Shown here: one piece after another, positions 25,148 to 38,900 of the stretch
Position numbering within the stretch: position 1 is the first letter of the stretch
Layout: every line of letters starts with the position of its first letter
Origin: Eledone cirrhosa
Lineage: Eukaryota
DNA: 64,000 bases
Assembly (NCBI GenBank): GCA_964016885.1
Contig: OZ024745.1
Location: forward strand, 16,740,001-16,804,000
Direction: 5' to 3'
The notes under the pieces: generated by a model
Seen by the model: the letters and a program-made list of their open reading frames with translations, nothing else
Told to the model about the DNA's origin: nothing
The model's database searches: none
Position numbers and translations under genes: made by a program

Positions 25148-25520
25148 CGAAGGACTGGTGGTAAGGAACCAGATGGTCCATAACGCACCAGAGTACTGAA
25201 TACTTAGGGTAGTTGAGTGGGTAATCGGATAAAGTATGAAAGAATGACCCGACGGCAGAGCTCAAGCCGTTACGACGGCTATTTCTGGACACTTTAGTCC
25301 AGAAATAGCCGTCGTATTTCTGGACTAAAGTGTCCAGAAATAGCCGTCGAAACGGCTTGAGCTCTGCCGTCGGGGTCATACTTTCTCATATATATATATA
25401 TATATATATAACGAAGGAAGTGGGGTAAGGAACCAGGTGGACCATAACGCACCAGAGTACTCGATACTTTGGGTAGTAGATTGGGTAATAGGATAAGGTT
25501 CAGGACCCCGACAGCATAAA
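25146..25520. mobile_element. Two AACGAAGG-family PLE terminal-repeat pieces; the first (25146-25390) has a double fold-back
   Basis: GACGGCTATTTCTGGAC-ACTTTA-GTCCAGAAATAGCCGTC followed by the same hairpin in reverse, then GAAA-CGGC...GCCG-TC-GGGGTCAT. Confidence 0.7.
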
Positions 25521-25879
25521 TTAAAGGGCCAATGCATAGCTTCGAAAGTTCCGACGTCTCCCTCTACATTGAGAAATATGAATATCATCATTCTAAAACA
25601 CTTTCGACAATATCACTTCATTGCTCCCCTTATAAAAACAAAAGAGGCTTTAAAGGGGTGAATCTCAATAGGATGCAAACATTGTGGATATCGTCAACTG
25701 CCTTATTGATCATGTCAAAAAAGGTTTCACTGTAATGAACGAGCATAACCATGTTCTGATGGTTAAAATCAGTGGCAGAATATAATAGGGCCACACGCAT
25801 ACATACATACCTACACACACATATATATATGTATATATATATATATATATATATGCATGTGTGTGTATGTATATATATG

Positions 25880-26160
25880 TCAGGTCACCAGTTGGTGCTA
25901 CTGGTAACATGTATCCCAGTACAACCTGTCTCATGGTCGGGTCGTTGGCAACTAAACTGGCAACCCCACCAAGGTTTCTTGGTGAGGAGGGTGACTTTGG
26001 TCATCCTACAGGACTAAAAACAAAACCTGTCAAAGGGCAAAGGAGCTCTTAAGGGGTCAATGGCCATCCAAAAATGACCGGGAGAGATGATCCCTTAGCC
26101 TTTGTCAAGGAAGAATTCTAGGAGAAGGAAAACTGTGATATAAGACCTGCAACCCTGATG
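25880..26160 (+). mobile_element. Probable RTE-type 5' leader fragment
   Basis: CTAGGAGAAGGAAAACT and GGCAACTAAACTGGCAACCCC resemble remembered RTE 5' UTR motifs; GC-richer than the flanks. Confidence 0.35.
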
Positions 26161-26495
26161 GTATCCAATGATGTTGACATGTTATTCTTTTTGGTAAATA
26201 TCATCTTGGTTAAGAGAGTGGGACTGGCTTTGTGCAGTGTCTTTGCTCACTATAAAAGCTTCACGACACAGGCATTGCTTTATATCTGGAGATCTCTCTG
26301 CACTTGTCGTCACATGTTACCATGGGCCCAACACTATGTGTCAATAATTGTCACAAGTGTAGTGTTTGTACCAGAGTTTTCAAGTCGCTGGCTGGACTAA
26401 AAAGTCACACTCGTTCAGCGCATCGGTAGGGGTTCTCCTACATGGATATAAAGTAGTGGCCGTACTCGAAAACGAGTTGGCAGCCACCATATATA

Positions 26496-26621
<126 letters not shown>

Positions 26622-26841
26622 ATTAAGTTAAAAATGTACATCCACATATGTATACTGAAATACTAGTATGCATATGAATACACACACGTATACATATGTA
26701 GATGTACCGAGTTTTTCACTGGTCACTTTACTGTGAGTGTCCAGCTATTCTGTATGTAAACACACAGACAAACCGGTTTTTAGAGTCATACTGGTTTTTG
26801 AGGAAACACCTTTCCTCTATTCTCCAGAAAGCCAGACAAGG

Positions 26842-26886
26842 AATATTGAACTAGTTTCGATGTTGTTACATCTCATCAGCAATATT
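26842..26886 (-). ncRNA. Type I hammerhead ribozyme
   Basis: Reverse complement of 27492-27536. Confidence 0.88.
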
Positions 26887-27491
26887 TACCTATCTTCCGG
26901 CCTCTCTAGAGAATCGTAAAAGCACATATCGTTATATGCTTTTTCTATGAAAATTAGTAGTGGGCAGACTAATTTGCATAGAGCGTGAGTACGTACCGGT
27001 TCAACGGAGACGATAAAAACAAATAACGAAACGAAATTAAATTTCGTTTCGTTTGTAACTCACTTTTGTATGACTGACGCTTAAACAATTAAGTTAAAAA
27101 TGTACATCCACATATGTATACTGAAATACTAGTATGCATATGAATACACACACGTATACATATGTAGATGTACCGAGTTTTTCACTGGTCACTTTACTGT
27201 GAGTGTCCAGCTATTCTGTATGTAAACACACAGACAAACCGGTTTTTAGAGTCATACTGGTTTTTGAGGAAACACCATTTTTAACTTAATTGTTTAAGCG
27301 TCAGTCATACAAAAGTGAGTTACAAACGAAACGAAATTTAATTTCGTTTCGTTATTTGTTTTTATCGTCTCCGTTGAACCGGTACGTACTCACGCTCTAT
27401 GCAAATTAGTCTGCCCACTACTAATTTTCATAGAAAAAGCATATAACGATATGTGCTTTTACGATTCTCTAGAGAGGCCGGAAGATAGGTA

Positions 27492-27536
27492 AATATTGCT
27501 GATGAGATGTAACAACATCGAAACTAGTTCAATATT
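27492..27536 (+). ncRNA. Type I hammerhead ribozyme with intact core
   Basis: Stem I AATATTG/CAATATT, CTGATGA 27499-27505, stem II GATGT-AACA-ACATC, GAAA 27520-27523, palindromic CTAG, predicted cleavage after GUU at 27529. Confidence 0.88.
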
Positions 27537-27824
27537 CCTTGTCTGGCTTTCTGGAGAATAGAGGAAAGGTGTTTCCTCAAAAACCAGTATGACTCTAAAA
27601 ACCGGTTTGTCTGTGTGTTTACATACAGAATAGCTGGACACTCACAGTAAAGTGACCAGTGAAAAACTCGGTACATCTACATATGTATACGTGTGTGTAT
27701 TCATATGCATACTAGTATTTCAGTATACATATGTGGATGTACATTTTTAACTTAATTGTTTAAGCGTCAGTCATACAAAAGTGAGTTACAAACGAAACGA
27801 AATTTAATTTCGTTTCGTTATTTG

Positions 27825-27937
<113 letters not shown>

Positions 27938-28920
27938 GTATATATATATATGCATATATCTATATAAACATATGTACACACACAGATATATATATATATA
28001 TTTCTCCTTATTTATTCAATTAATTAGCACTGTGTTTTTTTAATAATATAAATGTAAGATAATTCTTACGTATGCAAATAATATGAATGTTATTAACATT
28101 TAATACAAGCTGGAATAAATATTTTACTTTTCTTTTTGTCGGCAAAAAAAAAAATATATATATATAATTACAATGAATAACGATTTGGCTAAATCGGAAC
28201 ATCTGATTAGCACAAATAGTATACTTTTTACTTTTATTTCAATTACATATTTATTGAAGTTCATTCATTTTGAATCAGAACGATTTACATTTATCTGCGA
28301 AATCGTTTAGAATAATTTGCATGACTATAAAGATCAGGATGACAAGAGCAAAATCATATGCAAACATAAGATCACTGGTTGCATAGACCAGTGTGTTTTG
28401 TTTAGGCTTTAAGTTGTTGGGGGTTGTAAAGATCTCCTGATGTTCGAAACTCAACGGAAATTCCATTGTTGCCATCTTGAAAACCGTGCTTTTTGTTTGA
28501 GGTAGCACATATTTTACCAGAGAAAAGAAATTAAAGTTATGCGGTCCAGAATGTATCGTTCCTTCAAAGGAAAAAAAGAGTGATGCTCCTATGGTTATCG
28601 CATACATATCTGAAAATAACAAACAGGTAGGCCCTGGTAAGTATTGTCATATTAATGAAAATATATTATGTTTTGTGTTCAGCCTTTCTAAATTAATACA
28701 GCTGCAAGTAAACAAATTGTTTATATCATTATGTATACACATTTCATGATAATTATAATTGAAAATCATAGATGTTTCTCAAAGTTTAGCAATCTTATTC
28801 ACCATAAAAATGTGAATATGAAATACTAACGTACACCCATATATAGAACATAGAAATACACACACATATCTTTACAGAAACACACACACACACACAATAT
28901 ATATATATATGAGTTTGCTT

Positions 28921-29748
28921 GAATATATATATGAGTTTGCTTGAAGCATTGTGGAATAATAAGGTAAATTTCTTTAAGTCGTTTGGAAGCCTCGACAATG
29001 TAGATGGGTAAATCTCCGGGTAACAAGATCCGGTGGTGGAGAGAGAGATGTAAGTGGGTGCACGTTGAGATGCGTGGCGTGTAGAAGACTGTAGCGTGTA
29101 GAAGAATGTAGGAAAGAGCGTAAAGGATAAAAATAAAATAATAACACGAGATAGAGTTACCTTGGGGAAGATTTCATTGTCCCTATATATTTCGGATTCA
29201 CATCCATCAACTGGGTTTTTTCCGGGGGGATGGAGAGATTGTCTGTCGGAAAGGTGCGCAACGTGTCCTCCGCTGTTCGTTGTTTTGAATATCTGAGGTA
29301 GTCAGCAGAGCGCGTGTGCGCGTGAAATAGGGCCGGTCAAGCAAGCCGAAATAGTTCTTTCAATTGTGGGAGTGGGGTGGCGCTAGCTGTCAGTCCACAG
29401 TATTCTCTGCCTGTTTGGTGAATGTTACTGTGTGTGTGTGTGTGTGTGTGTGTTGTTGTCTCGCTTGAGTGTGAGTGTGTGTGCATGTGTTGTTGCCTTG
29501 TTCCTCTGTATTGGCAGTGTAGTATGTTCGTATGGTGGAATGCTACTGTGTGTGTGTGTGTGCATGTGTTTCTGTCTCGCTTTTGTGTGTGTGTGCGTGT
29601 GTTGTTGCATCGTTTGTTAACTTAAACGAACCGCCTCATTTCGCTTCTCTCGGATCGGTTGTTTAAATGTGGCCCTAGGCGTTTGATCCAAAGTGCTTCC
29701 TTGATACGTAATGTGCCGACGTGTCTTTCTGTCGCTAGAATTGTGACA
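28921..29748 (-). mobile_element. 5'-truncated PLE of a second family: endonuclease C-terminus, 3' region, degenerate hammerhead
   Basis: 29747-29622 reads VTILATERHVGTLRIKEALWIKRLGPHLNNRSERSEMRRFV* (GIY-YIG C-terminal E...I...P.LN pattern); 29215-29181 CC-CAGTTGA-TGGAT-GTGA-ATCC-GAAA-TATA-TA-GG. Confidence 0.75.
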
Positions 29749-29793
29749 GATATATATTAACATAGAAAGTTCTAGAAAAGATTGTATATACTA

Positions 29794-30541
29794 CTAGCAG
29801 TGTAACCCGGCGTTGCACGGAATAAGGTATTTTGGAACGTGGGCCGCCAACAGACCTAATCGTGGAAAAACTGCATGCCTGGACAATATGTAAAGAAAAT
29901 ATACCGAATACTCTGATGGCTGGATAATCTTTAAGATTTTCCTCGATAAAGCAGGAAAAATATAGGTTTTCACCAAATGTCGGCCCTAGGGAATCAAGAA
30001 AATAAATTATGCCTTGAAATTTCGGGGAAAACGCAGTTTTTCACCCAATGCCCGCCCTAGGGGATCAAAAAGTTAAATTTGTATGTGCATCACACTCCCT
30101 GAAACATAAGCAATACACATGTAAAGTTTGAAAAAAGTCGGTTGGGTACTTCTCGAGTTTTAGGGATTCAAACTCAGACACACACAACACACCCACGCAC
30201 AGACATACTCAGGGAAGTGTCGTAATGCAGACAGCCAGACATACATACAGATATTATAAGGGCGCGTTCTGGACGCAGAGGGAATTGTAGGAAGTGACGT
30301 AATGCACACAGCCAGACATACAGACAGATATTATAAGGGCGCGACGTTATATGTATGTATCTATCTAAATAGAGAAAGACTAAGAATTATAGAGAGAGAT
30401 CACTAAATCGCCTAATGCAGTCCCTAGGGCATGGACAATTTGAAATCTTATTTGCTCAGAACACTCCCTGAAACGTAAGTATTACATGTGTAAAGTTTGA
30501 AAACAGTCGGTTGGGTGCTTCTTGAGTTTTAAGGATTCAAA

Positions 30542-30576
<35 letters not shown>

Positions 30577-30609
30577 ACAGACAGACATCCTCAGTTATAT
30601 ATATATAGA
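29794..30609 (-). mobile_element. Non-autonomous Helitron
   Basis: Minus strand begins TCTATATATATAAC and ends with GC hairpin CCGTGCAACGCCGGG followed by CTAG|T; internal about 90-bp and about 50-bp duplications. Confidence 0.75.
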
Positions 30610-30772
30610 CAATGATATACACTCATAATCACCCATATTGTTTCTCTATCTCTAGAACACGGTACATATATATATATATATGCATATATATATATATATA
30701 TATATATGCATATATATATATATATATGCATATATATATATATATATATATATGCATATATATATATATATA

Positions 30773-30857
<85 letters not shown>

Positions 30858-32170
30858 GTTAACAAAATATCGTTATAGGTTAGAGGTTGTGAATACTTCT
30901 TATTATGGATAGTTTTAGCTTATTATGGATAATTTTAGAATATAAAATCAGCTGTACGAAGCTATCAAAAGCAACGGCCTATCAAATTGATATGTCCCAC
31001 TGTGGTCTCTGTAATACGGAATTTTTCCAAATTTTAAATTACAACAAAATGCTTCTTAACAGTAAAATTGAAAGAACTATTTTCTGTCGGCATAAAACGG
31101 CGACCAAATTTCAGAACTTTAGACCAGCTTAATTTCATCTCACCTATTCCATAACCCAAATGTTACCCCTTAGATCTATTATAATATCACATTATCATCA
31201 TCATCATCATTATTAGTATAATTGTCATGAATGAACAACATCAAAAGCTCTCATATTTACATTCTTATTTTATATATCTCTATCTTTCAATCTCTATCTC
31301 GATATTTCTCTCCCTAAATTTACTTCATCTCTGGCATTTTATTTTATCATATAATATAACTTACAACTAATTAATTTATTTATTTATTGAAATAACCAAT
31401 ACACACATAAATATATTTAACATTATCATATTTATCCCTTCGTATCTCTCTATATTTTAGCCACTCTCAAAAACTACTTTCAATAATCTTAATGTTTAAA
31501 TTTTCTTCACACATTTTTACTTTTTTATTTATTTATTTTCATATCTTCATTTCTCACATTTTATACCATTTTGTATCATATAAGATGTAATTTATTTATT
31601 TATTTATTTTTATTCATGTATTAACGTTTATTCATTTATTGTTTATATCATTATTTTCCCTCTATTTTTCTTTCTCTCCTACGTTATATCTCCTTATGGG
31701 TGTCTCTCCTCTTTCTATCATCATTTATCCATATATTTTCTTCTCTCTATATTTTTCTCTGTATTCATTTCTCCTTTTTCTTTTTCTTTTTATTTTTCTT
31801 TTTATTTTTATTTTTATTTTTGTTTTTATTTTTATTTTTATTTTTATTTTAATTTTATTTTTTTTATTTCTTTCCTCCATCCTTTATTTCTTTCTTTTTT
31901 TCTCTCTCTATCTTTATTATTAATATTATTATTGATGATGTAATTTGAATTTATAAATTTGCCGGTTATATATATTTTTTGTAACAGTTTCTGATGATCT
32001 GATAAAGCTAGCATCGCATTTGAAATTGAGTGGCACTGCTTCAAGTGTTCAGCAATTTTTAGACAGCTTAATCAGAGAAACAATTATTAGACTGTAAATA
32101 AATCCCCTTTTTTGTACTTTTGACCATGTTATTCTTCATTTTTTCAATTTCATATATATATATATATATA

Positions 32171-32374
32171 TAGAAATGGTTACACAACAGTTAGTCCACC
32201 ATACCGAGAACAATTGTTTCACCTTAGCGGATCCTCCTTTACGAGCTGAGGATCCGCTAAGGTGAAACAATTGTTCTCGGTATGGTGAACTAAATGTTGT
32301 GTAACCACTTCTACCTAACTCGTCCTATGGACTGAGTGCTCTACCACTACGGATATTACCTTCCAGTGTTCTAA

Positions 32375-32378
<4 letters not shown>
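32171..32378 (+). mobile_element. PLE terminal-repeat fold-back
   Basis: About 66-bp inverted arms (32171-32236 and 32248-32313) with an 11-nt spacer; in (TA)n. Confidence 0.75.
32242..32279 (+). ncRNA. Minimal type I hammerhead
   Basis: CGAG-CTGAGGA-TCCGCTAAGGT-GAAA-CAATTG-TT-CTCG. Confidence 0.7.
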
Positions 32379-32440
<62 letters not shown>

Positions 32441-33079
32441 TATGTACACATTTGTATAGAAAGTTCTGTAAACTAGAAAAAAGTATTATGTATTATAGTA
32501 TTATACACTCAAATTCACCCATATTAATTCACTACCCCCAGCACACGAAATAAACAATAACAAAACAAAAACAAAATAACAACAACCTGAAGAATATTAA
32601 TAAAAGTGAATATAGAATCATGATCGGCAGCAGTACAACAATAGTAGAAACAACAAAAAGATGTACATATTATGAAGGAGACGAAATATTCACTCCAAGT
32701 GGCAAAACAAACAAATCTAGCAGGCAACTATTGTTGGTAGTGAATCAGAATGAAATCAATAATAATATCAAGCTAACAATCACTCCATTATGAAGTTATC
32801 AGTGACATTTCCGCGGTTATAATCGTTGCTAAGATACTGTCACCGTTAGTTCTACTCTAAGAATATTTTGCAAGGAAGCCGTCTATTATATCTTTTGGTG
32901 AAATACTGAATGACCCAAGATAAGTGAATAACGATTCGTGAAATATACAAACAAGTAGATACACGACAAAGAAAATGATTTTGTTAGCTAGATCACCTCC
33001 TTCAAACACACACATACACACGAACGCACACACACACACCCTCACACACCCTCACACACCCTCACACACCCTCACACAC

Positions 33080-33132
<53 letters not shown>

Positions 33133-33202
33133 ATATATATATATATATATATATGCGTGTAAACACTTCCAATGTACATATATATATACATTGCAAAGAG
33201 TT

Positions 33203-33326
<124 letters not shown>

Positions 33327-33539
33327 TATATGTAAACTTGTATTGTTTTTCTTTTTAGCTTCTGGCCTTAATAATAATGATATCGGTATCAGAATAATTG
33401 TTCATGCTGATGATGTTGATTCAATAAATCGTATTATTGTCTAACAAAGGAATGTGAACAAGGATGTCGATATACCTATAGCAAACACCAGACCAATATT
33501 ACTTATAAATTCAATATGGATATCAATAAAAATAACACC

Positions 33540-33730
33540 TATAATAATAAAGGCCAACAATTTGAGGGAAAGGAAAGTGGATTAAATTAACCCCAGTATA
33601 TTAATGGTACTTTTTTTTATCGACCCAATTAGGATGAAATGCAAAGCTAACTTCAGGGGGATTTGAACTCAGAACATAAAAGATGTTAATCTATGCCAAG
33701 AAGAAGGGTGTCCGATGCTCTACTGATACA
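33540..33730 (-). mobile_element. SINE (long variant)
   Basis: Core ATCGACCCAATTAGGATGAAATGCAAAG...ATTTGAACTCAG. Confidence 0.75.
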
Positions 33731-33734
33731 AAAT

Positions 33735-35681
33735 ATACCCCGTTGTGAAGATTTTCAAAATATCCCCCGTTGTCAGGAGGTTTTTGTCATTCAGTATGAA
33801 GACATGGAAAACGACACTCCTTTTGAATAGTGAAACAAAATCACTGGAAGCTGGAGAAGTTAATATTAATTGTGGAATTTTTCAGGGTGACTCTTTATCA
33901 CCGCTTTTATTCTGCATCACACTTATACCATTAAGTAAAATGCTCAATGAAACAAAACATGGATATAAAGTCTATGACAAAACCATTAATCACTTGTTCT
34001 ACATGGATGACCTGAAACTATTTGCAAAAAATGATGAACAATTGCAAGGGTTATTATCCACTGTGGAGCCGTTCAGTGATGACATTAAAATGGAGTTTGG
34101 ACTAGATAAATGCGCCAAAGCAACGTTCACCAGAGGAAAGCTGCTGAAGAGTTCAGACATTAATCTTGATCGGGGGAATGTGATGAGAGAACTTGATCAA
34201 GAAAAAACTTACAAATATCTAGGTGTTTGTGAAGGAGACGGAATCAAGCACTCGACAATGAGGGAAAGGATAAGGAAGGAATGTTACCGCAGAGTAAGAG
34301 CAATCTTGAGAGCGGAATTGAATGCAAGGAATAGGATCGATGCCATAAACACGCTTGCCATACCAGTAGTAACCTACAGTTACAATGTCATCAACTGGTC
34401 AAGCACAGAGATCTGTAGGCTCGATATAAAAATTAGAAAATTCTTAACCATGCGCAGAAGGCAGATACAGATAGAATATATCTTCCTAGGAAAGAAGGAG
34501 GACGTGGGTTAATCCAGTTAGACATTGCGTTGAAAACTGCAACAATTGGATTATCTACATATCTAAGGGAATCACGTGATTGGATGATCAAACTCGTTTT
34601 GAAATACGAAAGCATCAAAAGATCATATTCCATTACAAAAGATGCACAAAGATACAGTAATGGACTACAAATTTCAGAAGTCCCATTTACTGCTGAAATG
34701 GAAAACACAGAAAAAGCAAAGCAGGTAAAAGTAACTGCAAAGAAAGAACTGCTACAGAAACTGGCTAAGAAATGGCAAGGAAAGCTTCTGTATGGAAAAT
34801 ACCCAGAACGAGCTAACAATCCTGATGTTGACAACACTTTAACCCATCAGTGGTTGGCATCCTCTGGACTGAAATCGGAGATGATCTTGTGCTGATATAA
34901 TCAGTCCTTCAGTGTCTGCCAACAAAAAATTACCAAGCCAACATAATAAAAAAAATGGATGCAGCCCATTATGCCGTGTATGCAAAAAACAACCAGAGAC
35001 CATTGACCATATAATTTCAATGTGCAGTCCTATAGCTCCAACCGAATACCTAAACAGGCATGACAGAGCTGCACAATACATACATCCGATAATGTGTAAG
35101 CATTTTGACCTGCCCCATCAAAAGAATTGGTGGGAGCATCAACCACCTCCCATACTTGAAAAAGATCACATCTCAATCTTGTGGAACTTTAGCATCCAAA
35201 CAGACCAAAAAATAGATGCAAATAGACCTGATATAATATTGAAGGACTTTAAAAAGAGGGTATGCCTGCTAATTGATATGTCCGTTCCAATAGACAAGAA
35301 TGTATCTATAAAAACATTTGAAAAATTAAGCAAGTATAAGGACCTGGAGATAGAAATTGGAAAAATGTGGAAATTGAGAACTAAAACAATACCAGTGGTT
35401 GTAGGCGCTCTGGGAATGATACCTAAGGGGGCTAATGATTAATTATCGCAAATCCCAGGAAACCCGCGTATAGGAGAAATACAAAAGATAGTACTAATGG
35501 GAACTGCCCATATACTAAGGAAGATTCTGTGAATATAAGTACATCACAAGTCTAAACACTAAAGATGCATGTGTGAGTATGTATGTTCTTTCTTGAACAT
35601 GGCGGACCTTATTGTCTCTTGAGGTCACTGGTTGTGACTTGGTGATAACTCGTATGAACATAAAGCAAGATAAATGCAACT

Positions 35682-35719
<38 letters not shown>
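33735..35719 (+). mobile_element. R4/Dong RLE-LINE family A, 5'-truncated and decayed; ORF ends about 35538; (AAT)n tail
   Basis: GIFQGDSLSPLLF, HLFYMDDLKLFAK, YKYLG; CCHC motif CRVCKKQPETIDHIISMC, RHD, RPDIILKD...LIDMSVP, KLSKYKDL. Confidence 0.9.
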
Positions 35720-35720
<1 letters not shown>

Positions 35721-35962
35721 TTTTCTTTATTAACCACAAGGGTTTACATAAAGTAGACATTAAGGACAGTACAGGACAATACAGGACGGTACAAATGGGC
35801 ATTTCTGCGTGTAAAAAAACAGAGGATGTAACAAAATAACAAAGAAAAATTCCCCAATAGGGGGGAGACTTCCGAGGGACATTTGTGGAGAAAGCCCATT
35901 AAAAGACCACAGTGACCCTGACCACCAGGGCAAGTGCCCTCTCCCAGTTTTCCACCTTTAAT

Positions 35963-38900
35963 TTACAGACACATACTCAGAGTAGGCCCATTCACTCGGG
36001 CCATATTTGGGACTCTCACACATCTTTCAACAAAATGCTGGGAAGAGAGCACTTCCCTCTCTACCGTGATTTTCCTTTTCAAATGAAATTTGAAAAAGTT
36101 AATTAGGGCATCACCGAAGAGGTAAGTGCTTGTCTTCAGCCCTTTCAAACGTGTCCACCATACTATCTCTTTCGCCATGGCCACCAGACAGATAAAAACT
36201 GCCTGCCCTTCCCTGCTAAAGGAAGAGGGCGGGGCAATCCTCACGATGGACCCAGCTGATAGCTGGATGCGTCCTACCCGTGACAGCAGGTGTTCGACAT
36301 AAACCCACAAGTCAGCAATGCTCGGAAACTGGACGAGTGCGTGCAGGACGGTTTCGTCGCTCTGCGCGCATCTCGGACATGCCTGGCTGACGGCACCTCC
36401 ATGCCTGTAGAGTTTATCCCGAGCTGGCAAAGCTCCCCGGTAGCACTTCCAGGCCAGGGATTTCTGGAAGTTGTCTATAGGCCCCGGCCCGAAAGTCCTT
36501 CCGAAGAGATTGGCTAGTTGATTTTCGTCGACGCCTAGAGTTTCTCCAAGTACGTCGTCGCTCTTCCCCTCCACTAATCCTCTATAGAACGCCAAGGTGG
36601 AGTTTCCACCGATCACATTGCCCGATTGGTCGAGGGCTGTGAGCGCCTGAAGACATTCCAGTCTCCAAGCGCTCCCTCTCGGTCTTCGCTTGACTCAGGA
36701 CTGCAGCTCCATCAAGGAGACGAGCTGGGGAAAGACGTGTCTAGCAAATGGCGACCACACCTGATCACCATAGAGGAAGAGGTGGAGATGTCGTAGCCTG
36801 AGCGCGTGTCTGCGCATCATCAGCCACGGCATGCCCAGCCCTCCACGTAGCGGGTGTTGACAGCAGATGGACCGCCTGACCATCGGAGCGCGTCCCTTCC
36901 ACAAGAAGCGAAAGAGCAAACGCTCCAGCGCAGTCAGGCGGGGCTTAGGACAAGGTACGACGGTCAGGCGGTAGTAGATGACGGACGCGATGTACGCGTT
37001 AGCCACCTCCGCTCGACCTTTCAGGGATAGCTTCCTCTCGGCCCATTTCTGGGTGAGAGAAGCCACCCTGCTCGTCACCTCGTCCCAGTTTTGTCCGTCT
37101 GGAGGTCCGGACCGAACCAGAACCCTAGCAATTTAACCGGTCCGTCCAGCGCCCGACGACGCTGTTGGACGGCATGGACCTGCCTCTCCAGGTGCCGAGC
37201 TGCAGGCCCACTGACTTTTCCTGTTTGATCATTGCTCCTGTCACCGCTTCATATTCTCTTAGTGTAGTGCCGATCGCTTCGATGTGTTTGGCGTTCGACA
37301 CCATTACGGTGACTTCGTCCGCATATGCTGACACGGATCTTCCGCATCCTAGTTCGCGCGGGACCCCCCTCAACGTCTCCAGTTTGTGCAGTAATGGCTC
37401 GAGACTCAATACGTACAGAAGGGACGAGAGGGGACAACCTTGGTGGACCGAGCGCATGATGCTGAACGGTTCCGAAAGGTGACCGTTCACTCTCACCACA
37501 GAGCAGATGTCGCTGTGCATGGCAGCGATCCAGCCTCTGAAGACGGGCCCAAAGCCAGCCTCCATCAGGACTGCCGCTAGGTAACGATGGTCGACCCTAT
37601 CGAAGGCTTTCGACTGATCTAAATTTATCAAAGACACACCCGTGCCTGGTTCCCTAGCTACCCTCTCTACGATGTATCGCATGAGGTGGAGGTTGTCGTG
37701 GATGGATCTGTCGGGAATGGCGCATGTCTGCGCCTCTCCCACCAGACCACCAACGACAAGCGCCAAATTCTTTGCTAGCACCTTGGCCAAAATCTTGAAC
37801 TCTGTGTTTAGCAGAGTTATGGGCCTAAAATTATCTATGTTATCCCCCTTGTTCGGATCCTTTCTCAGCGGTGCCACCGCTCCTCGGCTCACAGAGCTGG
37901 GAATTCTCCCGTTCTGTTGCCAGTTGCAGTAGACGTCCGCCAAGAGCCCTCCGAACAAGTCTGGCATTTGTACGTAAAGTTCATAGGGCAGACCATCCAA
38001 ACCAGGCGATTTACCCCTTGTGCAACTAGTCATTGCATCCCGTACTTCAGCGGTTGTTATCGGCTTTTCGCAACACTCCGCCTCAGTGGCCGAAAGCCCC
38101 GGCAGTCCGTCGAGGTAGACACTCGGGCCCATTGAACGGCTTTCGTCCTCTCGTGTCTGAGAGCACGCACCCTAGCTCTGACAACGCAGCCTTCGTGCTT
38201 TACATTGAAGAATTGGTCAAGGGCCAATTTCGCCGCAAGTACGTCGGTCGCAATGACTTTGCTAAGCGCCTCATCTAATTTTCTAACTAATTCTCCCTCT
38301 GCTCTATTTTTCTCTATTGCTAAAGTCTTACTAAACCTACTAAATCTATTCTAATTGCTCTTTTCATAGCAAACCACCACTTGTTGTTGACGATGGCCCC
38401 CGTCAACGCCCGCTTAACTAGTTCGCTAATCCGTCCTCTGTAGGCCTTGCGCGCTGGTAAGGACTCGTTTAGCTTCCAGTAGACGGGTCCTCGTCTATGA
38501 AGCCTATCTAAGTCAAGCACACAGATCACGAATTTGTGGTCCGTGTAGCTGACTATCTTGAATTGTGGACAGCCTATGCTAGACCTATCTATTTCCCTAC
38601 AAAATACTCTATCTAGATATGATCTGGATCACCCTATGCAATTTGTCCAAGTCCACATTGGTACATTCGGGAAATCCATTCGGTACCTGTCAGACAGTTC
38701 AAAACGTCTGAGCAGGGTTCGTGAGACTCTTGCACCCTCCTACCCTATCCACTAATCCCACACAATCCCAGCGTGCATCTAAGATTCCGTTCCAGTCGCC
38801 CACTAACACTAAAGAGCGGGACGTTCCAAGAAAGGTCTCCAGACGCCGGAAGAGATCAAGCCGCCCTGCTCCTGTCGGGGAATAGACGGCCACTAACCTG

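Noticed and set aside
26737-27641. Identical 60-aa ORFs at 26737(+) and 27459(-)
   Set aside because: A by-product of the inverted duplication; GTG start, antisense to the ribozyme, no recognisable domain
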